DNA from: Planctomycetota bacterium
Lineage (GTDB): Bacteria > Planctomycetota > UBA1135 > GCA-002686595
DNA: 64,000 nt
NCBI GenBank assembly: GCA_035490315.1
Contig: DATHET010000223.1
Location: forward strand, 10,542-74,541
Direction: 5' to 3'
Below the pieces are notes generated by a model, which saw only the letters and a list, made by a program, of their open reading frames with translations, was not told the origin of the DNA and made no database searches. This document shows, one piece after another, positions 7,753 through 17,724 of this stretch. Within the stretch, counting starts at the first letter, position 1; every line of letters starts with the position of its first letter. The position numbers were made by a program, and so were the translations under genes.

Positions 7753-10700
7753 ATGAGTCAAAGCTTTCGCGAAGCGCTGAAGGAGCGCGTCCTGATCCTC
7801 GACGGGGCGATGGGCACGCAGCTCCATGCGGCCAACCTCGATCTCGAGAAGGACTACCTGGGTCTCGAAAACTGCATGGAGCTGATCTGCGCCACGCGGC
7901 CGGACGTCCTGCGCGGAATCCACGACGCCTACTTCGCCGCCGGCGCGGACGTGGTCGAGACCAACACCTTCGGCGCCAATCCTCTGGTGCTCTCCGAGTT
8001 CGGAATCGCGGACCGCGCTCACGAGCTCAATTCCAAGGCCGCGCGCATCGCCCGCGAATCGGCGGCGGCCTTCTCGACGAGCGAGAAACCGCGCTGGGTC
8101 CTCGGCTCGATGGGTCCTGGCACGAAGCTCGCGACCCTCGGTCACGCGAGCTACGACACGCTCAAGAATTCCTATCTGGTCCAGGCGCGCGGCCTGATCG
8201 AGGGCGGCGTCGACGGCGTGCTGATCGAGACCTGCCAGGATCCGCTGCAGATCAAGGCCGCGCTCAACGCGGTGATCCAGGCGCGCACGGAGGCCAAGGC
8301 CGACGTCTCGATCCTGGTCAGCGTCACCATGGAAGTCACCGGCACGATGCTCGTCGGCACGGAAATGGCCGCCGCGATCGCGCTGATCGATCCCTACCCG
8401 ATCGACATGCTCGGCATCAACTGCGCCACGGGGCCGCGCGAGATGGGTGAGCACGTGCGCCTGCTCGGACAATCCTCGCGGCGCCCGGTCGCGGTCTTCC
8501 CCAACGCCGGGCTGCCGCAGCTCGTCGACGGACGCACGCACTATCCCTTGACGCCGCACGAGCTCGCCGACTGGCTGGAGCGCTTCGTCGACGAGGACGG
8601 CGTCGGCATGGTCGGCGGCTGCTGCGGCACGACGCCAGAGCACATCGCCGCGGTGGCCAAGCGCATCGGCACGCGCAAGCCCAAGCCGCGCCGACCGAGC
8701 CTCGCGCCTTCGGTGACGAGCATCTATTCCGCGGTTCCGCTGCTCCAAGACAATTCCGTGCTGTTCATCGGCGAGCGCTCGAACGCCAACGGCTCGAAGG
8801 CTTTCAAGGAGCATCTGCTCGCCGGCAACGTCGACGCGATGGTCGAGATGGGCCGCGAGCAGGTGCGCGACGGCAGCCACGTGCTCGACGTGTGCTGCGC
8901 CTACGTCGGCCGCGACGAGAAGGAGGACATGCAGAAGGTCGTGCGCCGCTACCGCACCGAAGTCCCCGTCCCCTTGATGATCGATTCCACCGAGCATCCC
9001 GTGCTCGCCGACGCCCTGCGCCAGTGCGGCGGCCGCTGCATCGTGAATTCCGTCAACCTCGAGGACGGCCTGGAGCGCTGCGAGCACGTCCTGCCGCTGG
9101 TCAAGGAATTCGGCGCGGCCGTGGTGTGCTTGACGATCGACGAGCGCGGCATGGCGAAGACCGCCGATGAAAAACTTGCCGTCGCGCGCAGGCTGCACGA
9201 CATCTGCGTGCACGATTACGGCCTGCGCTCCGAGGATCTCTTGTTCGACGTCCTGACCTTCACGATCTGCACCGGCAACGACGACGATCGGCGCCTGGGA
9301 CTGGAAACCCTCGAAGGCATCCGGCGCGTCAAAGCGGAGTTGCCTGGCGTCGGTCTGCTACTCGGCCTCTCGAACATCTCCTTCGGGCTCAATCCTGCCG
9401 CGCGCCACGTGCTCAACTCGGTCTACCTGCACCACGCCCAGGAAGCCGGCTTGACCGCCGCGATCCTGCACTCCGCGCGCATCACTCCCCTGCACCACAT
9501 CGAGCCCGACGCGCGGCGCATCGCCGAGGACCTGATCTTCGATCGCCGCCGCGAGGGCTACGATCCGCTGCAGGCCTACCTGAAACTCTTCGAGGGTGTC
9601 AGCGTCGCCGCGAAAAAAGAGCGCGCAGTTCCCACGGACATCTGGGAGCGCTTGCGCTGGCGCATCGTCGAGGGCGAGCGCAAGGGACTCGAGGCCGACC
9701 TCGACGCGGCTCTCGCTCACAAGAAGCCGCTCGCGATCATCAACGTCGATCTGCTCGCGGGCATGGCGACCGTCGGCGACCTCTTCGGCCGCGGCGAGAT
9801 GCAGCTGCCCTTCGTGCTGCAATCCGCCGAGACCATGAAAGCCGCTGTGCGCCACCTCGAGCCCTTGATGGAGCGCGTCGAAGGCCAGTCGCGCGGCAAG
9901 CTCGTGCTCGCGACCGTGCGCGGCGACGTGCACGACATCGGCAAGAACCTGGTCGACATCATCCTCACGAACAACGGCTACACCGTCTACAACCTCGGCA
10001 TCAAGCAGCCGATCCAGCACATCCTCGACGTCGCCTACGAGCACCGTCCGGACGTGATCGGCATGAGCGGCCTGCTCGTGAAGAGCACGGTGATCATGCG
10101 CGAGAACCTCGAGGAGATGAATCGCCGCAGCGTTACCACGCCGGTCGTGCTCGGCGGAGCCGCGCTGACGCGCAAGTACGTCGAGGACGACCTGCGCACG
10201 ATCTACAAGGGCTCCCTCTACTACGCGAAGGACGCCTTCGAGGGCCTGGCCGTCATGGAAAAAGTGATGACGAAAGAAGCGCGCCCAGAGCGGCGCATCT
10301 TCGCGTCGTCGAAGGACTATGTCGCAGTGGAGAGCGAAGTGCCGGTCGCCGTCGGCGCCATGGCTTCGGGCACCGCTGCCGCGATCGGACGCTCCGCTCC
10401 CGGCGCCATGGGGACCTCGCGTCCCGCGCCCGAAGTCGACGAGGACGGTCCCGACCTCGGGCTCGCTCCGCGCGAATTCAGCCAGCCCGTCGCGCCCTTC
10501 CTCGGCCCGCGCCTGGTCGAAGCCGTGAACCTGCAGAGCGTGTTCCCCTATATCAATGAAGTCACGCTCTTCCAGTTCCAGTGGGGTTACCGTCGCAAGA
10601 ACAAAAGCGTCCAGGAATACAAGAAGTTCATCGACGAGCACGTGCGCCCGATCCTCCACGCGCTCGGCCGCCAGTGCGCGAAGGAAAAGATCCTGACGCC

Positions 10701-11271
10701 GAAAGCCGCTTACGGATATTGGCGCTGCGTGCCCGAGGGCAACACGCTGGTGCTGCTCGATCCCAAGAACGAAGGCAAGACCGCCGCGCGCTTCACGTTC
10801 CCGCGTCAGAAGGGCAAGCGCGATCTGTGCATCACGGATTTCTTCCGCAAGGACGGCGAGCCCGACGTCGTCGCGCTGCAGGTCGTCACGGTCGGCCAGC
10901 AGGCCAGCGACATCGCGCGCGAATGGTTCGCGGCCGACCGCTATCAGGATTATCTGCACCTGCACGGCCTGTCCGTCGAAGCCGCCGAGGGCCTTGCCGA
11001 GCTGATCCACAAGCAGATCCGCGGCGAGCTCGGCATCGCGAACGAAGACGCTCGCGACATGCGCGAGATGTTCAAGCAGGGCTACCGCGGCTCGCGCTAT
11101 TCCTTTGGCTATCCGGCCTGCCCGAACCTCGAGGATCAGGAGATCCTGCTCGACCTGCTCGGCGCGCGGAAAATCGGAATCACGCTCTCCGATGAATTCC
11201 AGCTCGTCCCCGAGCAGTCGACCAGCGCGCTGGTCTGCCACCACCCGGGCGCGAAGTATTTCTCGGTCTAG
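7753..11271 (+). CDS. metH: Cobalamin-dependent methionine synthase
   Basis: 1172 aa with the full MetH architecture: an Hcy-binding domain (ILDGAMGTQL...GGCCGTTPEHI), a pterin-binding domain, a B12-binding domain (RGDVHDIGKNLV...GMSGLL) and a C-terminal AdoMet activation domain. Confidence 0.97.
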   Translation: MSQSFREALKERVLILDGAMGTQLHAANLDLEKDYLGLENCMELICATRPDVLRGIHDAYFAAGADVVETNTFGANPLVLSEFGIADRAHELNSKAARIARESAAAFSTSEKPRWVLGSMGPGTKLATLGHASYDTLKNSYLVQARGLIEGGVDGVLIETCQDPLQIKAALNAVIQARTEAKADVSILVSVTMEVTGTMLVGTEMAAAIALIDPYPIDMLGINCATGPREMGEHVRLLGQSSRRPVAVFPNAGLPQLVDGRTHYPLTPHELADWLERFVDEDGVGMVGGCCGTTPEHIAAVAKRIGTRKPKPRRPSLAPSVTSIYSAVPLLQDNSVLFIGERSNANGSKAFKEHLLAGNVDAMVEMGREQVRDGSHVLDVCCAYVGRDEKEDMQKVVRRYRTEVPVPLMIDSTEHPVLADALRQCGGRCIVNSVNLEDGLERCEHVLPLVKEFGAAVVCLTIDERGMAKTADEKLAVARRLHDICVHDYGLRSEDLLFDVLTFTICTGNDDDRRLGLETLEGIRRVKAELPGVGLLLGLSNISFGLNPAARHVLNSVYLHHAQEAGLTAAILHSARITPLHHIEPDARRIAEDLIFDRRREGYDPLQAYLKLFEGVSVAAKKERAVPTDIWERLRWRIVEGERKGLEADLDAALAHKKPLAIINVDLLAGMATVGDLFGRGEMQLPFVLQSAETMKAAVRHLEPLMERVEGQSRGKLVLATVRGDVHDIGKNLVDIILTNNGYTVYNLGIKQPIQHILDVAYEHRPDVIGMSGLLVKSTVIMRENLEEMNRRSVTTPVVLGGAALTRKYVEDDLRTIYKGSLYYAKDAFEGLAVMEKVMTKEARPERRIFASSKDYVAVESEVPVAVGAMASGTAAAIGRSAPGAMGTSRPAPEVDEDGPDLGLAPREFSQPVAPFLGPRLVEAVNLQSVFPYINEVTLFQFQWGYRRKNKSVQEYKKFIDEHVRPILHALGRQCAKEKILTPKAAYGYWRCVPEGNTLVLLDPKNEGKTAARFTFPRQKGKRDLCITDFFRKDGEPDVVALQVVTVGQQASDIAREWFAADRYQDYLHLHGLSVEAAEGLAELIHKQIRGELGIANEDARDMREMFKQGYRGSRYSFGYPACPNLEDQEILLDLLGARKIGITLSDEFQLVPEQSTSALVCHHPGAKYFSV

Positions 11272-11329
11272 AACCGGACCGGTTGGCGCGGTCGACGACT
11301 GAAGCCCGAGCCGGCGGTAGGCTGAGCGG

Positions 11330-13168
11330 GTGAAACGTGCGCTCGGCGTCCTGGCGATCCTGCTCTGCGCGATCGGCGTTTACCTCGCGATCTCGACTCG
11401 ACGTTCCGAGGTCGACGTCGAGTCAAGGCCACGGAGCTCGCTCAAGGAGCGCGATACCGAGCTCGAGCCCCTCCCGGAACTTGCGAGCGGCTCGCTCCGA
11501 TCGCAGCAGACGAATCCGGATCCATCGGCTGCGCCGGCGACGAGCGCGACACCCACGGATTCCGCCGCATTCGACGTACGCGTCATCGTGCTCTCGCGCA
11601 AGGAGCGCCAGCCGATCGCGGATCTCGCGGTCAAGATCACCTGGTGGCAAGCCGAGAAGGATGGTCCGAGCGCGGAAGCCACGACGGACGCAACGGGCTC
11701 GGTCGCACTCCGACTCGAGACCGGCGGAGTCGCTCGCGAACACCTGTGCAACGTCAACGTCGGCGCAGGCGAAAACCTTCGGCGGTTCACTGCCTTGCCC
11801 TTGCAGAGCGAGCTGGTCCTCCTGATTGACTCGTGCACGCGCTTGCACGGCCTGGTCGTGGTCTCCGGCGCCGAGATGACGGAACCTGCCTGGGTGTCGG
11901 CCTTCGAGCCCGCGAGCGGGATGATGTCGACGCACACGATGTTTGCTCGCACGCGGGCCCAGGTCGACGGCTCGTTCGAAATGCAAGCCTGCCCCTCGCG
12001 CGAAATCCCCTGGGTGGACATGAACATCGGCGTCGGGACCGTCAACGTGACGCGCAGCATTGCCTGGGCCGAGCTCTCCAGCGAAGCAGGTGCGCGCATC
12101 GAGATCCAGGTTTGCGAGCTGACCGTGCGCGTCCTGGACGAAGCGGGTGCGCCGCTCGCCAAAGCCGACGTGCGCGTTTCGCGTCTCGTGGAGGACGCGC
12201 CTTTCCCCGCTTGCGGCGTGAGCAACGAACGCGGTGAGTTCCGCACCAGTCTGGAGCCGGCGGATTGCGAGATCATCGTCGGCTCTGCCGGCCGCGCCAG
12301 CGCGATCGAGCGCGTCGTGCTCACCGCGACGGACTGCCCTCGCATCGTCGAGTTGCGCCTGCGCTCCCTGCGCGAAAGCGACCATCTGCGCGGCCGTGTC
12401 GTTCTCGAGGACCGCATTCCGGTCGAAGGCGCGATCGTCACCGCCATCCCTGTGGCGAATTCCTCTGAGGGAGCCGTTGCCGCCCACGCGCAGATGCGCA
12501 CCGACGCGAACGGTCGATTCGATCTCGCGATGGCGACCGATCGCGAGCTGGAAGTCGTCGCTTTCCGCCGCGATGTCGGGTATTCCGACGAAGTGCGCTT
12601 CACACCCGACGGGCGCGAGCTCGAGCTCGTGATCCGCGCCCAGGGCTCGCTCGAGGTGAGGATCGCTTTGCCGCCGGGATTCAGCGGCTTCGCCCAGGGT
12701 CACGTCGAATACGTGCTCGTCGACCGCCGCTTCGATCTCGTCGACCACGGCCACGAGTTCGAAGTTCCCTTCACGCTCTCTGAGATCCCGGCGGGCGACT
12801 ACAACCTGTTCGTCTATGTCGCCGGCTGGAATGCCTATGCCGAAGGCAGCGTGCACGTCGCTGCCGGCGACAACCGTTCCGATTCTCCCGCGTGGGTCGA
12901 ATTGAGCTCTCATCCAGCGCAATTCGCGCGCGGACAGGTGCTCACCGCCAACGGCTCGCCGACTCTCGGTGCGCACATCGAGGTGGACCACCCGACCTGG
13001 CCACCCGAAGTGGAGCGCTTGTGGTCGGTGAAAGTCGGCGACGGTGGACGCTTCGAAGCGCTGCTCGGCGTGGACACCGCGTGCAGCGCTCGAGTGACAC
13101 TCGCGGGCCAGCCTGTCCAGCGCGTCGAGCTCCACGAAGGCGACGGCGCGATCCTGAGACTTCCCTGA
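11330..13168 (+). CDS. Membrane-anchored protein with repeated carboxypeptidase-regulatory-like (beta-sandwich) modules
   Basis: GTG start. The N-terminal TM anchor is LGVLAILLCAIGVYLAIS. Repeated segments of the type 'V.V.D..G.P...A.V.........TD..G.F.L' are present. It is a paralogue of 14692-16380 and 34257-37118. Confidence 0.65.
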   Translation: MKRALGVLAILLCAIGVYLAISTRRSEVDVESRPRSSLKERDTELEPLPELASGSLRSQQTNPDPSAAPATSATPTDSAAFDVRVIVLSRKERQPIADLAVKITWWQAEKDGPSAEATTDATGSVALRLETGGVAREHLCNVNVGAGENLRRFTALPLQSELVLLIDSCTRLHGLVVVSGAEMTEPAWVSAFEPASGMMSTHTMFARTRAQVDGSFEMQACPSREIPWVDMNIGVGTVNVTRSIAWAELSSEAGARIEIQVCELTVRVLDEAGAPLAKADVRVSRLVEDAPFPACGVSNERGEFRTSLEPADCEIIVGSAGRASAIERVVLTATDCPRIVELRLRSLRESDHLRGRVVLEDRIPVEGAIVTAIPVANSSEGAVAAHAQMRTDANGRFDLAMATDRELEVVAFRRDVGYSDEVRFTPDGRELELVIRAQGSLEVRIALPPGFSGFAQGHVEYVLVDRRFDLVDHGHEFEVPFTLSEIPAGDYNLFVYVAGWNAYAEGSVHVAAGDNRSDSPAWVELSSHPAQFARGQVLTANGSPTLGAHIEVDHPTWPPEVERLWSVKVGDGGRFEALLGVDTACSARVTLAGQPVQRVELHEGDGAILRLP

Positions 13169-13224
13169 GAAAAGAATCGAGGCCGACAACCTCTGCGGCG
13201 GCCGGCCTCGAAGAATCAAAACGG

Positions 13225-13249
13225 GACCGTCAGCGTGAAGCTGACAGTC
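13225..13249 (-). terminator. Rho-independent terminator candidate for the minus-strand gene ending at 13259
   Basis: Hairpin gac-c-gtcagc gtgaa gctgac-a-gtc. On the minus strand it is followed by CCGTTTTGATTCTT. A second 9-bp hairpin (13177-13211) lies beyond it. Confidence 0.45.
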
Positions 13250-13258
13250 TCGGGGCGC

Positions 13259-14335
13259 TCACGGGCACACTGTGAATTCCACGCCGTCCGACAAGGTCGC
13301 GTTGTTCGGCGGCGGGAAGCCGTTGTCGCGGCCCCAGAACTGCGCGTCGACCACGGTTCCCGGAGCGACGAGGTACGGCGCTGGAATGCCACCGAGCCCG
13401 CCTACCGCGAAAGTGTTCATGTCGATCGTGTAGACGCCTGAGCAGTCGTTCGGCGGAGGATTTCCGCCTGAGTTCAGCGCGCTCGAGCGGCGGACCGGAC
13501 CATTCATGCAGCGGATTCCGCCGAGGAAAGGCACGGCCGCGCGGCCGGTGTTCGAGTAGATGAGCAGACCGGGCTTGTTGTTGAGCACTTGCGAGGCGGA
13601 GATGACGAATCCCGAGCCGGCTGATGCGCTCGAAATCCCCGTGGCGCCGATCGTAGGCGTGCAGCCGAGGCTGTTGATCTTCGCGGTGCAGTAAGTCTGG
13701 ATGCTGCCGCAGCTCGAACCGCGAAGCTGGATTCCGTTGATGGTGGTCGGTGTGACCGGCGACGGGTTGGCCATGTTGATCACCAGCGTTCCGTTGGTGA
13801 CGTTGACCGAGTCGTTCATGTAGTGGCCGGGATTGTTGAAGCTCCCAGTCCACATTTGCCCGCCGCAGTGCACCGTTCCCGCCGAGCCGCCGGTGATCGA
13901 GAGGTCGGAGAAGTAGGTCGTTCGAAAGTCAGGCGCCCAGGCGTAGACGAACACGTCGTAGACCCCGTTCGAAAGGCCCGTGAACGTCCACGTCGAAGTC
14001 TGTGCATCGCAGAAATCGTCGAGCAGCGCCTGGTCGTCTCCCGTCGTGTTGAGGTTGTCGAAGAAGAAGTCCGCAACTCCGAAGCCCACGACAGGCACGA
14101 CCGTCAAGGTCACGCTGGTCGGAGTGCCGGTGATGTCCGTGAGCGCCGCTCCGGCTTGCGCAGCCGGCGTCGTGACACTGAACCACGTGCCGGTCTGGCC
14201 CGATGCTGCACCATAGGCGTTCGAGGGAGTGCCGAAGTTGGTCGGGCCCACGTCGAGGTTGAAGCTTTGAGAGAATCCCAGCGATGCCGTGAATGCGAGC
14301 ATGCTCGCAGTGAAACAGAGCTTGTGAAGATGCAC
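13259..14335 (-). CDS. Secreted protein carrying the shared ~144-aa four-Cys C-terminal module (YCTAK...EFTVCP)
   Basis: GTG at 14335 lies 6 nt after AGGAG. The signal peptide is [23 protein letters not shown]. The C-terminal 144 aa are ~85% identical (by eye) to the C-terminus of 41843-42961. Confidence 0.75.
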   Translation of the reverse strand: MHLHKLCFTASMLAFTASLGFSQSFNLDVGPTNFGTPSNAYGAASGQTGTWFSVTTPAAQAGAALTDITGTPTSVTLTVVPVVGFGVADFFFDNLNTTGDDQALLDDFCDAQTSTWTFTGLSNGVYDVFVYAWAPDFRTTYFSDLSITGGSAGTVHCGGQMWTGSFNNPGHYMNDSVNVTNGTLVINMANPSPVTPTTINGIQLRGSSCGSIQTYCTAKINSLGCTPTIGATGISSASAGSGFVISASQVLNNKPGLLIYSNTGRAAVPFLGGIRCMNGPVRRSSALNSGGNPPPNDCSGVYTIDMNTFAVGGLGGIPAPYLVAPGTVVDAQFWGRDNGFPPPNNATLSDGVEFTVCP

Positions 14336-14691
14336 GTTTGGCTCCTGATGTGGTGGTGGTGGTGGCGAAGCGCTGCGAACCAGGCGACAGGCGAGCATCC
14401 TGATTCGGTCTCGATCTAGTCCCCCTGCCGGGGTCTGTTTCGAGGTCAGCATTGTAGAAGCCGTTTCGAATCTCGCGATGAGCTCCAAGCTGTCGGCGAC
14501 ACTGGGCTTTGACGCGCGCAAGTCCATGGCGTCGAAACTCCCGAAGGTTTCGATCCCGTAAGGGAACGAAATCCAACACCGCATGAAACCTGAGAGAAGA
14601 TTCCGGTCTGATCGATCGGGCTGACGACGCCATGGATCTCCGTGTGCAGCGGGTGCTGCCAGCGGCCGCTGCATGGATTCGGCGCGTGGAG

Positions 14692-16380
14692 CTAGCGACT
14701 CAAGCTGAGCTCGAGACCGCCCGCTCCGAGGATTGCCGGCTGTTCGGAGAGGACGGTTCCGTCCGAGTCGAGGAGGAAGACTCGGTAAGTGCCCTTCGGC
14801 AGCGCGAGCGCTCGAGGAGCGGACCCGTGGAAAGTGCTGCGAAGGAGCTCGAGCCCGTTCTGGTCGAGGATGCGGAATTTCATTCCGTCCGCAGGGCCGT
14901 CCCCCACGCGGATCCTCATTTTCGCGGCGGGGAGTACGCGAACTTCCAGGTCGACGATCGATCCTGCGCGGGAATCGAAGCGCACATTACCTGACACTCC
15001 TGCAATGGGCTCCGAATCGGGCTTGTTGATCCGGTCGATGTTCGCGGAGTGCATCACGTACTCCCGGCGACCGAGTCCGGGCAGGTCGAGGACACCGTCC
15101 TCATCGCATCCGAATTGCGCATCCTTGAACCATCCGATCGAGCGATCCGCGGGATCGATGACTCCCAGGATGAAGTCCATCGCTTGCGGATGTCCCTGCG
15201 AATCGACGACCCGGATCCGGACGGTGACCTCCTTCTCCAGCTCGATCGTCCCCAGATCGGTCAGCTTTCCTGGAAGCGCGTCGATCGGCTTGCGAAACCA
15301 CTCATAGCCAGCAGCCATAATCTGCAGATCGAACAACCCGGGCTCGTGGCGTTCGATAGTCGCAGCTCCTTGCGAATCCGTGACGATCCTTCCAGGAAAG
15401 TGGGGCCCTCCCCGGAGCTGCACCGACGCGGAGGCGATCGGTGCGGAAGTCTCGGCATCGATGGCGCGCAGACGAATCGTCGCTACGTCCGCGAGAACGT
15501 CATCCGTCGAGAGCACGAAGTTCACTTCTTCCTGACCCGCTTCGACGAATTTCGCCTGCAGCACGGAATGGTGATGCATGAGGCTCACCCACATCGGCAG
15601 ATCGCCGTCCAGCTGCAGGATGCCCATGTAACCGGGTGGAAGCTCCTCGACTCGCGGCCCGTAGTTCCAGAAACGTCCGACCCCGAACTTGTTGTTCAGA
15701 CTTCCGGCGACGTCATCGAACCGCGCTCCAGGGTTTTCGCGAGTTGCAACCGGGACGAGCAGTCGCGTTTCCATGGGAGCCTTGCGCTCGTTGAGCGCCT
15801 CGAAGAGGTTTCTGCCTTCGGGAGTCGAGGCGCGGATGCGCAGCTCCACCTGCCGATGGAGTCGAAAATCCTGGCGGACGACGGGGCACTCGGGTCGGAG
15901 CTCGACGCTGACTTCGATATTGCTGAAGCCCTCGGCGCCTCCTGTGAGCCAATAAATCCCGAACTCCAGGTTGTCGAAGGTGTAATTGTCTTCCGTTTTC
16001 GCATCGCAGATGCGTCGCTCGCCCTGGACATTCACGAGGCTCACCGCGGCGTACCAGACATTCGCGATGTGTGTTCCGGAATCATCGAGCAGCGAGCCGA
16101 AGATCCGCGGTTTCACTTCCTCGGCTGGAAGGGCCTGCGGGGAAGGAACTGTCTCGGGAGCCAACACGGCAACTCGCTCGGTGGCGCGTTCCTCACTGGC
16201 CAGCGCAATCTCCGGCTTCTGACCTGGCCGTGCAATCCGTGGCTCTTCGCGCACGGCGGAATCGGGCGTCTCCGCGGCACGGTTCTCGGGTCGCAGGAAG
16301 ATCCACATGCATCCCGCGGCGACCATGACCGCGAGCAGCACAAGGCCGAAGCGGTCTCGAATGTGCGACATGGCGACCAT
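14692..16380 (-). CDS. Membrane-anchored protein with carboxypeptidase-regulatory-like repeats
   Basis: The N-terminal TM anchor is [18 protein letters not shown], followed by repeated beta-sandwich-like segments. It lies 13 nt downstream of hisS on the same strand. Confidence 0.65.
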   Translation of the reverse strand: MVAMSHIRDRFGLVLLAVMVAAGCMWIFLRPENRAAETPDSAVREEPRIARPGQKPEIALASEERATERVAVLAPETVPSPQALPAEEVKPRIFGSLLDDSGTHIANVWYAAVSLVNVQGERRICDAKTEDNYTFDNLEFGIYWLTGGAEGFSNIEVSVELRPECPVVRQDFRLHRQVELRIRASTPEGRNLFEALNERKAPMETRLLVPVATRENPGARFDDVAGSLNNKFGVGRFWNYGPRVEELPPGYMGILQLDGDLPMWVSLMHHHSVLQAKFVEAGQEEVNFVLSTDDVLADVATIRLRAIDAETSAPIASASVQLRGGPHFPGRIVTDSQGAATIERHEPGLFDLQIMAAGYEWFRKPIDALPGKLTDLGTIELEKEVTVRIRVVDSQGHPQAMDFILGVIDPADRSIGWFKDAQFGCDEDGVLDLPGLGRREYVMHSANIDRINKPDSEPIAGVSGNVRFDSRAGSIVDLEVRVLPAAKMRIRVGDGPADGMKFRILDQNGLELLRSTFHGSAPRALALPKGTYRVFLLDSDGTVLSEQPAILGAGGLELSLSR

Positions 16381-16392
16381 GCTACGCCGTCC

Positions 16393-17724
16393 TCACATCG
16401 ACGCGCGAACCTCGCGGATCGGCAGGGTGCGCTGCTCGCCCGTCGCGAGATTCTTGAGCGCGATGCTGCCCGCGTCGATCTCGGCGCGGCCGAGGACCGC
16501 TGCGAATTGCGCGCGGATCGTCGAGGCGTAGGCGAGCTGCTTGCCGAGCTTGTCGGCTTCCGGGTAGAGCTCGACGCGCAGGCCCTGGGCGCGCAGCTCG
16601 CTCGCGGCGCGCAGCGACTCGGCGGCGCTGACGTCGGGGAAGCGGCAGACCAGGATCTGCGGGCCGATCGCGAGCTCGGGGAACATCGCGCGTTCCTCCA
16701 TGACGAGCAGGATGCGTTCGAGGCCCAGCGAAAAGCCGACGGCGGGGATCTTCTGCTTCGTGAACATGCCGATCAGGCCGTCGTAGCGGCCTCCGCCGCC
16801 GAGCGAGCCCGCGAGCTGTGGCACCGTGATCTCGAAGATCGGACCGGTGTAATAAGAAAGGCCGCGCGCGAGTTCCGGTGAAAAGCGCAGCGTGCCGCGC
16901 GCCGGTGTGTCCTCGGCGAGCGAGAGCAATTCGAGCAAGGCCCGCGCCCCGCGAGCTCCGCTGTCCTCGCCGCGGGTTGCGCGCGCTTCGAGGAAGCCCG
17001 CGGACTTCGCGCTCTCGAGCCCTGCCATCAAGGCCTCGCCGCGCGACGCGTCGATTCCGCGCTCGCCGAGTTCCTTCAAGACGCCTTCGCGTCCGATCTT
17101 GTCCAGCTTGTCGAGAGCGATCAGCGCCGTGCCCTCCGATTCCGCCGCGATCCCGGCGTCCTGCACGAGCGCGGACAGGAGCTCGCGGTGATTGACGTGG
17201 ATCGTGAAATCGCCGAAGCCCAGTCGCTGCAGCACCAGCGCGACCGCCGCGCAGACTTCCGCGTCCGCCACGCTCGACGTCGTGCCCGTGACGTCGACGT
17301 CGCACTGGTAGAACTCGCGGAAGCGCCCCTTCGCCGGCCGATCGGCGCGCCAGACAGGTTGGATCTGGTAGCGCTTGTAGAAGGCCGGCAGGTCGCGATA
17401 GTTCGCGACGACGCGCGCGAGGGGCACGGTCAAGTCGTAGCGCAGGCCTTCGTCGGAGAGATCGAGCTCGCCCGCGCTGCCGGTCTCCAAGGCGCGCGCC
17501 AGTTTTTCGCGCCGGTGCAGCAGTCGATAGAGCAGCTGATCGCCCTCGGGCCCGTACTTGCCGAGCAGGGTCGAGAGGTTCTCGATCGCCGGCGTCTCCA
17601 GCGGCACGAATCCGAACGACTCGTAGACCGACTGGATCACGCCGATGACGAAGCGCCGTCGTGCCAGATCGGCCGCGAGGTAGTCGCGCATGCCGCTGGG
17701 CGGCTTGGTGGAAATCTGAGTCAT
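16393..17724 (-). CDS. hisS: Histidine--tRNA ligase
   Basis: MTQISTKPPSGMRDYL...; class II aaRS motifs (YRYDLTVPLAR, FREFYQCDVD, GGGRYDGLIG); and a C-terminal anticodon-binding domain. The ATG overlaps the upstream stop (ATGA). Confidence 0.95.
   Translation of the reverse strand: MTQISTKPPSGMRDYLAADLARRRFVIGVIQSVYESFGFVPLETPAIENLSTLLGKYGPEGDQLLYRLLHRREKLARALETGSAGELDLSDEGLRYDLTVPLARVVANYRDLPAFYKRYQIQPVWRADRPAKGRFREFYQCDVDVTGTTSSVADAEVCAAVALVLQRLGFGDFTIHVNHRELLSALVQDAGIAAESEGTALIALDKLDKIGREGVLKELGERGIDASRGEALMAGLESAKSAGFLEARATRGEDSGARGARALLELLSLAEDTPARGTLRFSPELARGLSYYTGPIFEITVPQLAGSLGGGGRYDGLIGMFTKQKIPAVGFSLGLERILLVMEERAMFPELAIGPQILVCRFPDVSAAESLRAASELRAQGLRVELYPEADKLGKQLAYASTIRAQFAAVLGRAEIDAGSIALKNLATGEQRTLPIREVRASM

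Noticed and set aside
7705-11244. Two long minus-strand ORFs (7705-9213 and 9358-11244)
   Set aside because: Both are antisense shadows of metH, and neither has any recognisable domain.
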